Assembly: GCA_964019335.1 (NCBI GenBank)
Contig: OZ025650.1
Coordinates: 930,001-994,000, forward strand
Direction of reading: 5' to 3'
DNA length: 64,000 bases
Origin: Diplonema japonicum
Lineage: Eukaryota > Protista > Euglenozoa: Diplonemea
Shown: piece by piece, positions 55,676 to 64,000 of the stretch
Position numbering within the stretch: position 1 is the first letter of the stretch
Layout of the letters: each line of letters starts with the position of its first letter
Made by a program: the position numbers and the translations under genes
The notes under the pieces: model-generated
Database searches by the model: none
Seen by the model: only the letters and a program-made list of their open reading frames with translations
Told to the model about the DNA's origin: nothing

Positions 55676-55760
55676 TTGTTTTCCAACATCAATTTTTGCA
55701 CTTCTTATGACTTATTATTGTTTGTTCGACACCTTAAAATTCCTCAGTATTTCTTGAAAA

Positions 55761-56410
55761 ATGGGTCGTGACGTTACCGGACTTAAGAAGCAGGTGGCCA
55801 GGAGGACCACTCCCTCGTCCACCAACCCCTACATCTACCTGCTGGTGAAGATCTACAGGTTCCTTGCCCGCCGTGCTGAGTGCCCCTTCAACAAGGTATG
55901 CAAGCTTCACATGTCACATTCGTAGGTTGTCCTTCACCGCCTGATGATGAGCCGCACCAACCTCCCCCCCATGACTCTGTCCCGCATTGCCCTGAACATG
56001 AAGGGGAGGGAGGACAAGACCTGTGTGGTTGTTGGTACCGTTACTGACGACACCCGCCTTGCTGAGGTGCCCAAGTTGAAGGTTGCGGCCCTCCGTTTCA
56101 CCGAGACCGCTCGTGCCCGTATCCTCAAGGCCGGTGGTGAGGTCATGACTCTTGACCAGCTCGCCATGGTCGCCCCCAAGGTATTTCGCCACCATTTACA
56201 CAGAATAGTATACACCTTTAATTACAGGGGTCCAACACCGTACTCCTCCGTGGCAAGCGTGCCGCGCGTACTGTCTACAAGCACTTCGGGGCACCTGGTG
56301 TGCCGGGCAGCCACGCCCGCCCGTACATCAACGGGACTTCCAAGACTGGCCGCAAGCACGAGCGTGGCCGTGGTCGCAGGGCTGGCAAGGCTTTCAAGGT
56401 CAAGGCGTGA
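55761..56410 (+). CDS. RPL18: 60S ribosomal protein L18 (eL18), copy 1; exons 55761-55895, 55926-56180, 56228-56410
   Basis: [29 protein letters not shown] and [11 protein letters not shown] motifs; two introns. Confidence 0.96.
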
Positions 56411-56572
56411 TAAGTTTCGATGGTTATTTCCCCATTCCCCCGTTTCATTTTTGCTTGCAAAAGATCATTTCCCCTTCTATCAAGTCCGTGCGGTCCCCAG
56501 TCTTCGTATCACTGTCTCGCTAGCCGTGTCACTCTAATATGCAACTCAGTCAAGAAAAAAAAAAAGAAAAAT

Positions 56573-57265
56573 ATGGGTCGCGACGTTACCGGACTTAAGA
56601 AGCAGGTGGCCAGGAGGACCACTCCCTCGTCCACCAACCCCTACATCTACCTGCTGGTGAAGATCTACAGGTTCCTCGCCCGCCGTGCTGAGTGCCCCTT
56701 CAACAAGGTATGAACTTAAGCGGCATGCCACCACAATATACAGGTTGTCCTTCACCGCCTGATGATGAGCCGCACCAACCTCCCCCCCATGACTCTGTCC
56801 CGCATTGCCCTGAACATGAAGGGGAGGGAGGACAAGACCTGTGTGGTTGTTGGTACCGTTACTGACGACACCCGCCTTGCTGAGGTGCCCAAGTTGAAGG
56901 TTGCGGCCCTCCGTTTCACCGAGACCGCTCGTGCCCGTATCCTCAAGGCCGGTGGTGAGGTCATGACTCTTGACCAGCTCGCCATGGTCGCCCCCAAGGT
57001 ATTTCGCCACCATTTACACAGAATAGTATACACCTTTAATTACAGGGGTCCAACACCGTACTCCTCCGTGGCAAGCGTGCCGCGCGTACTGTCTACAAGC
57101 ACTTCGGGGCACCTGGTGTGCCGGGCAGCCACGCCCGCCCGTACATCAACGGGACTTCCAAGACTGGCCGCAAGCACGAGCGTGGCCGTGGTCGCAGGTA
57201 TGTCACAAATACTCATCAGCCTACCAACTTACAGGGCTGGCAAGGCCTTCAAGGTCAAGGCGTAA
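56573..57265 (+). CDS. RPL18: 60S ribosomal protein L18 (eL18), copy 2; exons 56573-56707, 56744-56998, 57046-57197, 57235-57265
   Basis: Same protein as copy 1; three introns. Confidence 0.96.
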
Positions 57266-57334
57266 GCATTTTAGTCGCATCATTATTTTTAGTTTATCTC
57301 AAAACATACCAGACATCACCGCAACGCAGGAGTA

Positions 57335-59179
57335 ATGGGGGATGCTGATGTAAGCGAAGATGGGGCAGAGAGGAACTTATACAAGAGGTTGCTTACGGCA
57401 GACTGCAACAAGCGAGAGGAGGCAATTACGGATGTTATCGGCTCTTTAAAGAACTTGGCGTCTTCGGCACTTCGGGGGGGAAACGAGGCCATTATGATGT
57501 TCGTGGCTGTGCACGGTCCCTATATCGTGACTAATGCACGCCAATGTCCATTTGAAGACATTTCTGTAGCTTTCAGTGACCTGCTGGCATGGGCGAAGAA
57601 GACATGCATGCTAGAGATTGAGGCGATGCTTGACGAGGACGAGGATGACGCATCCTCTGACGTTGACAGGGATGATGTTCTAGTCTCGCATCACAGCTTA
57701 CACAAATACCCAAAGAGAGAGAGTAGGAGGAAGCGCTCGTCTGTGGACGGTAGCGACACGGAGTCGGTGTCCGAAGGGAACACAAGCAGCCATTCATCTA
57801 ACGAAAGTAAAGGGCGGAGCGCGCAGCTGCTATCAAGCACGTCCTGCTCTATGTTCATCTCGCCTGCGGAAATCGAACCTGTCCTCACTGAGCATCACGA
57901 GATAAAGTATCTTTATCAGCAAGTCTTCCTGAAAGAGGGCGAGGTCCCGAACTGGCTGCGAGTGCTATCCTGCAAACCAGAGGTGACACTGAAGATTTAC
58001 CGGACGCTGGACACCATGACTTCCATTGGCCCCCTCCCCCCTCCTTCGAGGTGGTACATTGCCCTCATGGTTGCATCTCTTTGCAGATCGGAGTACTGGA
58101 TTAATAGGTGCGAAAACGCGTTCTGCCGAGTAGGCGGCTCGGAGGATTGGATTACCAACGGTGTCCATGAAGACCCGAAGCTCGCAGCCTTTGCTCCCTT
58201 CAACATCAATTTGGCCACCGCACCATGGCTCATTACACCGGAGACAATTCGAGACTTGGTGGATGGAGGCTGGACGTTGCCGGAGCTTGTGCAGGCTGTC
58301 GTAATTGCGTCACAGATGCTGTCGCTGTGCTCAATAGCGAAGGGCGTGGGTCTGATTTGCGATGGTGCGAAGGGGTACAAGTGCGAGATGCCTGGTGTGG
58401 GGATGAAGCATTGCCAGTCGTCGGAAGAGCTGACTGACATGTTGGACGCGCTGAACGGTGGCGGAGATCCTCTGCCAGGGACGACACCACTCGAGACGTT
58501 CCACAAGCTAGTTGAGGACGATGTGTACGACGAGGGCAACGCAGCCAGCTGTGAGCCTGAACGGCTGACGTCAATAAGTGGGAACCATGCGAACACGATG
58601 TTCCAGGGGTTCAGAGAGAGGGGGACGTCTAAGACGCACTCGTACCTAAGGCTTTCGGAGTACAACTGGAGGGATGACTCATGTTGTGTTGTTGAACAGT
58701 TGCTGAGCGGTGACCTCGCAAGCCAGATGGACAATGTGTTCAGCACGGTGGCTACTATGACTGACAACGACATGTTTGGGAGTGTGCACGGCATTGACAC
58801 CACACGGCTGCGGAGGATGGTGTGGTACTACGTTCATGGTCTGTATGGCATCGTGGCTGATGATATGGACTACAGTAGCATCAACTCTCTTGTAGGGATC
58901 AAGAAGGCAGGCATTGTCACTCTTAAAAAGTTCATTAAATATGTCGGGTGCCTCACTGGCAGTGTGGGCATGTTGGAATACCACTTCGACCACCGCTACA
59001 CACAGGTATTTCAAGGAAAAAGGGGGGGAAATGGGAAACAAAACAAAAAACAGCCCTTTTCATCAAAAGACAAAGTACATATCACATTGCTAGCTGCTGA
59101 GGCACGCATGCAGGCTGCGCTTATTTATAGTATGCGTGCGTCCGCGAAGTATTTGGCATCAAAGTCACAAAAGAGCTAA
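57335..59179 (+). CDS. SESN: Sestrin (PA26 family); probable in-frame intron 59006-59053
   Basis: CPFEDI, GPLP...[33 protein letters not shown] and [10 protein letters not shown] motifs. Confidence 0.88.
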   Translation: MGDADVSEDGAERNLYKRLLTADCNKREEAITDVIGSLKNLASSALRGGNEAIMMFVAVHGPYIVTNARQCPFEDISVAFSDLLAWAKKTCMLEIEAMLDEDEDDASSDVDRDDVLVSHHSLHKYPKRESRRKRSSVDGSDTESVSEGNTSSHSSNESKGRSAQLLSSTSCSMFISPAEIEPVLTEHHEIKYLYQQVFLKEGEVPNWLRVLSCKPEVTLKIYRTLDTMTSIGPLPPPSRWYIALMVASLCRSEYWINRCENAFCRVGGSEDWITNGVHEDPKLAAFAPFNINLATAPWLITPETIRDLVDGGWTLPELVQAVVIASQMLSLCSIAKGVGLICDGAKGYKCEMPGVGMKHCQSSEELTDMLDALNGGGDPLPGTTPLETFHKLVEDDVYDEGNAASCEPERLTSISGNHANTMFQGFRERGTSKTHSYLRLSEYNWRDDSCCVVEQLLSGDLASQMDNVFSTVATMTDNDMFGSVHGIDTTRLRRMVWYYVHGLYGIVADDMDYSSINSLVGIKKAGIVTLKKFIKYVGCLTGSVGMLEYHFDHRYTQVFQGKRGGNGKQNKKQPFSSKDKVHITLLAAEARMQAALIYSMRASAKYLASKSQKS

Positions 59180-61205
59180 AAGAATCAGTCATCAAGAAAA
59201 CGAGAAGAGAAAATGAGGGAGGATTTAAAACAGACAAGAGATTTCCCTTTCTCACTCTTTTGATTCCCTCCTGTTTGTTTTGTTTGTGTTCAGTTTAAGA
59301 AATGACAGAGGAATTTTTCTCTTTTTTTTTTTTTTTTTTGCTCTTTATTAATGATATATAGTGTATCCATACTTTTTAGGTATCTAGGTCGGGACTCCGT
59401 GATCAGGGAGATTGTTAGATGTCGTGCTATAAACTACTTTGAACGTTGAGCCGACAAATTTCGTTTTTAATTTTCCATTATGCCTGGCTTGAATAGATCC
59501 GTTTGGTTTCTATTTCTTTCTTAGCTTCATTAGGTATCAGTATGGTGGAGCTAACTCACTTGTTTTCCCCACCTTTCGTTTGTTGTCACTGTAGCAGGGT
59601 AAATAGAGCATGAGGCAGCTATAGCAGCAGGCAGCAACTAGAAAATAACAAAAAATAAATAAATGTGCCTGTGCGGTTAGTAAGCCGCGCCTATTTCCTT
59701 GGGAGGTTTCTTTTTTCTTTCAAGTCCTCCTCGGAGCCTAGGGCATCTGGGTCTAAGAAGGCGTCGTAGCATTATCCTAGGCACCTGTCGGACTCCTGCG
59801 AAACTCATTTTCGTTCTTTTGCTTTTTTCTTTGCTCATTTCCTTTTCCAATCATCATAGATAGCAGGAGGGCGAGGGTTTTCTTTTTTTTAGTTTGTAGT
59901 ACGTATGGTCGGTTATGGAATGGCAAGGAGGGGAGGTTCTTTTGCACCGTGCCCTCCTTGCGAGAAGGGAGAGAAGCCTCCGCATCTCCCGCTATCTGTG
60001 TTTATCATGTTGCTTTTCTTTTTATTTGTCCCTTCATCCCGTTGTCCCCGCTCCCTCCCCCTTAACAGCAGTTCAGGTTACATAAAAGCTCTTTCCTTAT
60101 CATAACACATTCACTTCTGGCCGTGCCTCTTGCTCACCCCGAGGCACTTTCTGAAAGGCTGTCTGTAACATGCAGGCAGTATGCACACATGAATGATGCA
60201 ACAACTGAAACAGCCTTGCCTATGTCTTGTTCTTCTCCTCCTTTTCCCCTTTGTTAGATTGTGTTGCTTAGACTCAATAACGGGGAGGCAGAGCGAAAGG
60301 GAAGGGAGGAAAAAAGAGAAAACCTAGCTTTGTACCGTTCAGCGGTGGTCTAGCACTAAGAATACAAATCGGGGGGAAAAAAGGAAAGAAAAAAAAAGAA
60401 ACTCTTGGATTTGCGAAAGTGGCGGGGTGCACCCTCCTTCACTTTTGCTTGTTCGAGTGTTAAGTGCTTCCTTCTCTGTCAACAATATTATTCTTTGATC
60501 TGTTTTAAGTTATGGCCCCCCATCCCCCACCACTCTGCTCCAAAGGGAGGGACCAACGAAAAAAGAAGTAAAAGAAGAAAGAGAAAAGAGAAGAATACTG
60601 TAAAACCAGAGTTAATAATGGCATGCAGCAGTATAGTGGATAACATGGTGAAACAGTTGGAGTTTGTACCCATGCATGTTGAATGCAGGATAAACTGCCA
60701 AGGTAGGACATTTGCCCATTGAAATCTGATCCCATGACACATGGCATCACCGGTTTTGCAGTTTTGATACTTTTTCACCAAATAAATGTTGTCATTTATT
60801 AATGGTTAGATAGGTATTCATTTTTTACAGTAAGAATTATGTCTTTCTTTTTCTTTCTTTTTTCCCCCAACTTCCTTCCTTTTTTGAATAAGTTTTTAAT
60901 GCTTTTACAGTGTCAAATATTTCAGGCTCCAAACAGTCAACTTTTAATATGTACAGGAGGAACTACGACACAGGTTCTTTTCCTTGGTGCTTCCTTAGTT
61001 TAGGCAACGAATAGAAAGGATCACCGAGTGAAGGTCAGGAAGTCTCGGTCAACCTACAACGAGTACGCTTGACAAGAATGATGGATCCAGTCATCTTTTC
61101 CCTGCACTTCCATATGTTTGAGAAGACAAGCACTAAAGCAGCTACGCGTTCACAGATGCTGGGACGAGGTTAAGGTTCTTGGTGTGTGCGTGAGCGAGTT
61201 CTTCG

Positions 61206-61500
61206 AGCACACGCACCCTCACAGACACGAACACGAACACACGCACGCACACAAGCGCAGACACGCACACCCACACAAACACGAACACACACACAACACA
61301 GACTGCCAGAAACACACGCACACCCACACAGACACACGCACACCCGCACAGACACGAACACGAACACAACAGGACACACACGTACACAGGCACAGACGCA
61401 CACACGCACGCACACAGACACACCCACACACAGACGCACCCGCCACAGACACACCCACACCCGCACCCGCACAGACACGAATACAACACAGACACACGCG
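61206..61500. repeat. Degenerate (CA)-rich microsatellite
   Basis: About 300 nt of CACA/CACG/CAGA units, almost devoid of T. Confidence 0.9.
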
Positions 61501-61850
61501 CGTAAACCCGCAAACCCCTTTGCGGAACTTTTTTTCTTTTTTAGAAAAAGATTTTTGCACTTAGAAGAAGAAATTCTTTTTCTTCCTTCTTTTTCTTTTT
61601 TTTTTTTTCCAATTTTAAAAAACCAAGTGATTGCTTTTATTTCTCGTGCGGGTTTGCGGGTTTGCGGAAAGCCCGTTGCACGACTTACCATGTGACCCCG
61701 GTCCCCCCAAAAAAAAGAAAGGGGTCGGGAATTATTTGGGAAATTTGGAGCGGAAAAATCCCCGAAAAAAAAAAGAATTATTTGGGAAAAAACACATTAT
61801 TTGGGAGGGAATTATTCGGGCCCCCCCTTTAGTTAAAATTGTATTATGCC

Positions 61851-61888
61851 ACCAACGATTCTAAAGCTACAGTTTCTGTACTTTATTG
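61851..61888 (+). other. Spliced-leader exon copy 1 (diplonemid-type SL)
   Basis: ACCAACGATTCTAAAGCTACAGTTTCTGTACTTTATTG, containing the euglenozoan SL core CAGTTTCTGTACT[TA]TATTG. Confidence 0.92.
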
Positions 61889-62424
61889 GTCGTTCGTGTT
61901 CTGCTGGTGCCTGCCGCCTCTGCCTGGGTTTGCCGCTGCGTCCGTCGTCCGTCGTCGCCGTCGTTTGGGGGGGTTGTTTTGCCCGTCGGCCTGCCCGCTT
62001 ACCGAAAGGATCCCCCTGTGCTGTGTATCCGCTTTCGTTGTGACCGTTGCTGAATACGAAGTAGAAAAAAAAAAAAGTAAACAAAACAAAAAAAAGAAAG
62101 CAACAACAAAAAAATGAAAAGAGGTTTTTTTTTAATTCAAAGTATCTTTTTGTTTTTGATGTTGGCAGGCACTAAAACAACCTTCATACGCTAACCACAT
62201 CAAAATCAAAATCTATATCTTGGACTAAAAAAAAAACACCCACTCTTCGGAGTTAAGGGAGCTTTTTGTGCGACTCCCCCTCTTTTTTGGGCAGCACCTA
62301 TCTATACCTTTCCTTTTCCTTTTCCTTTTCCATTTTCCTTTACTATATTTTCTATACCTTTATTTTATACCTTGTACCTTAGTTTTAATTAAAATATTTT
62401 TAATAAAAAAAAAAAAAAAAAAAA
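61851..62424 (+). mobile_element. SL-headed, poly(A)-tailed short retroposed element
   Basis: SL, GC-rich body, A-run plus ATG, hairpins, pyrimidine-rich tail, and A20 at 62405-62424. Confidence 0.55.
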
Positions 62425-62456
62425 CATTCATTATTTCATTATTTCATTATTTCATT

Positions 62457-62494
62457 ACCAACGATTCTAAAGCTACAGTTTCTGTACTTTATTG
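62457..62494 (+). other. Spliced-leader exon copy 2
   Basis: Identical 38-mer. Confidence 0.92.
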
Positions 62495-62635
62495 GTCGTC
62501 TGTGTTTTTGTTGGTGCCTGCTGCGTCCGCTCGGTGTCCGTTCGTCTCCAAGTCCGGAGTAAAGAGGTACCATCCTGAAGATCATCATGCAGCTCGTTGC
62601 GGTGCTTAACGCGTTCGGCCGTTTCAATCCTTTAG

Positions 62636-63664
62636 TTACCTCTTCCATCGCATCACCGCCTCAGCCCACGGAAACGGTGCCACCTTTGTCTCCCAACCCA
62701 GTGCCCACTGGCGATAGAGTTTGCGTGCCTGCCGTGCGTCGTAGGTCTCGTCGGTCATCGAATATGCGTCGGGGCATGCCATCGCTGCGTGCATAGATTC
62801 TACAGGTGTGCGAAGTATTATGCCAGACTGCGGCCTCCTGACGTTGAAGCGAGGCTTGTTCCTCGTGAAAGGTACCATCAAACCTATTTGCGCCTCTTTT
62901 TCAAGACGGTGGTTCCATGCGTCACTGCTGATGAAGACCTGAGGCGTGTGCTTGACATCTGTCAGGCAAAGCTTGGGTGCATCCCTGACCTTCGGAGGGC
63001 TGAGGCTGATTGTGATCGAACGCTCTTTGATGAAGGCTGCCAGCGTCAACGTGTACCGGGCCGTCCCCGTGCATGCTGCAACATAAACCTGTTCGTGGTC
63101 GATGCTGAACGAGATGATAGAGGTGACCTTGTCGACGGCGACCGAGAGGGTGGCACCAGGCGGCCACTTGGGAGTCATGAAGATGGGGCTGTTGTCACCT
63201 GATCCGCACTCGTAGACAGCACCACCGGGGCACCAGATCATTCCCCAAGACGTTGTGAGGTTCAACATGGCCGACCAGGGGGATGTTGTGGTCCCCATGT
63301 GGGTTACCCACCAGGGGCCTTCTGGTATGACACCAACTGCCATGTTCTTTCCGCTTTTGCTATTGCTACCGCTAATTGTCCACGTGGCTTTCATGACGGG
63401 TGTGTCCGAAGCTGCAGCGCTGATGCCTCTCCACAGACCGTCCTCGTCTCCCTCGTCCCAAAGACCTTGTGGTATGTATGCAGTTGTACCGCCTTCCTTC
63501 ACCGCAATACCATCCGAGGCACTGTTCATGTTCCATGTCACTGCATGCGAACAGATCTGCTGCGCGTCATTCCCCTGTTGTCTCGCACGCGGAACCTGCT
63601 TCCCAAACTTCGGGGTTGGGGCACGAAGGGACATCTTTGGCATCGTGCCTGTGGTGGCATGCAT
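62636..63664 (-). CDS. SPRY/B30.2-like domain protein, the only credible minus-strand gene
   Basis: 342-aa ORF with SPRY-like strands (NMAVGV, SWGM, GATLSVAVD...ISFSID). Upstream pyrimidine tract and CAG on the minus strand. Confidence 0.55.
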   Translation of the reverse strand: MHATTGTMPKMSLRAPTPKFGKQVPRARQQGNDAQQICSHAVTWNMNSASDGIAVKEGGTTAYIPQGLWDEGDEDGLWRGISAAASDTPVMKATWTISGSNSKSGKNMAVGVIPEGPWWVTHMGTTTSPWSAMLNLTTSWGMIWCPGGAVYECGSGDNSPIFMTPKWPPGATLSVAVDKVTSIISFSIDHEQVYVAACTGTARYTLTLAAFIKERSITISLSPPKVRDAPKLCLTDVKHTPQVFISSDAWNHRLEKEAQIGLMVPFTRNKPRFNVRRPQSGIILRTPVESMHAAMACPDAYSMTDETYDARQARKLYRQWALGWETKVAPFPWAEAVMRWKR

Positions 63665-63795
63665 GGCTGCAACATGGTACAGGGACGAAGATAATATTGT
63701 AGATAAAGGAAGAAGCCAATCTCAAAGTTCCGAAGACGCATCTCGGTTATCGCCTTGAAACAGCCTTCAAGAAAAAGGGAAAATAGAAAAAAATC

Positions 63796-63833
63796 ACCAA
63801 CGATTCTAAAGCTACAGTTTCTGTACTTTATTG
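63796..63833 (+). other. Spliced-leader exon copy 3
   Basis: Identical 38-mer, followed by GCCC (no GT donor). Confidence 0.92.
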
Positions 63834-63904
63834 GCCCGGCCCGCCTGCCGTTTAGCAAAGGATCCCCTCCCCCCTCAACACAAAAAAAAAAAAAAAAAAT
63901 AAAA

Positions 63905-64000
63905 ATGGACCCTAGACGAAACGTCGTCGGAGACCGCCGCCCGCAGGAGGAACGCCTACGAGAGACGCCGACCAAGCCGACCACCCGACCAGACCGAAAT
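63905..64000 (+). CDS. 5' end of an ORF downstream of SL copy 3 (runs off the window)
   Basis: A-run then ATG GAC CCT AGA (MDPRRNVVGDRRPQEERLRETPTKPTTRPDRN), open to the window end. Confidence 0.35.
   Translation, partial: MDPRRNVVGDRRPQEERLRETPTKPTTRPDRN

Noticed and set aside
1365-57234. Apparent frameshifts, pseudogenes or recoding in eIF4E, RPN10, CASTOR-like and RPL18
   Set aside because: Each break is resolved by a short canonical GT-AG intron that restores conserved motifs.
611-59041. Numerous minus-strand ORFs overlapping + strand genes
   Set aside because: Antisense shadows of real CDSs with no recognisable motifs.
60330-60370. tRNA-like A-box (GGTGGTCTAG)
   Set aside because: No T-arm (GTTCRA) or acceptor stem follows.
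61118-61695. His/Thr- and Cys/Val-rich ORFs on both strands
   Set aside because: Artefacts of the CA-rich repeat.
62860-62925. RLEKEAQIGLMVPF resembling the pre-RT segment of DIRS-like elements
   Set aside because: Too short, and no RT catalytic motifs follow.
61851-63833. Canonical SL-RNA gene array or CRISPR-like repeat-spacer array
   Set aside because: Spacing is long and irregular, flanks are not a repeated unit, copy 3 lacks the GT donor, and no clear Sm site or cas genes are present.

Overview
Gene-dense eukaryotic nuclear DNA, most likely from a diplonemid (Euglenozoa). About 35 protein genes lie head-to-tail on the + strand from 1 to 59179, in a polycistron-like cluster with pyrimidine-rich spacers ending in AG. 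They include eIF4E, COX19, a PKD1/REJ-like receptor, a TTLL, a GT61, RAD51, RPN10, TRM2, a CASTOR/POLLUX-type channel, two tandem RPL18 copies and sestrin. Genes carry very short (about 30-50 nt) GT-AG introns that, in long genes, sit almost only near the 3' end. After the cluster ends, three identical 38-nt copies of a euglenozoan spliced-leader (SL) exon (ACCAACGATTCTAAAGCTACAGTTTCTGTACTTTATTG) occur at 61851, 62457 and 63796. Each is fused to related GC-rich bodies rather than to an SL-RNA intron. One copy runs to a poly(A) tail and another leads into an ORF at the window edge. The best reading is a family of SL-headed retroposed elements at a strand-switch region. All family assignments come from motif recognition by eye; no searches were run.
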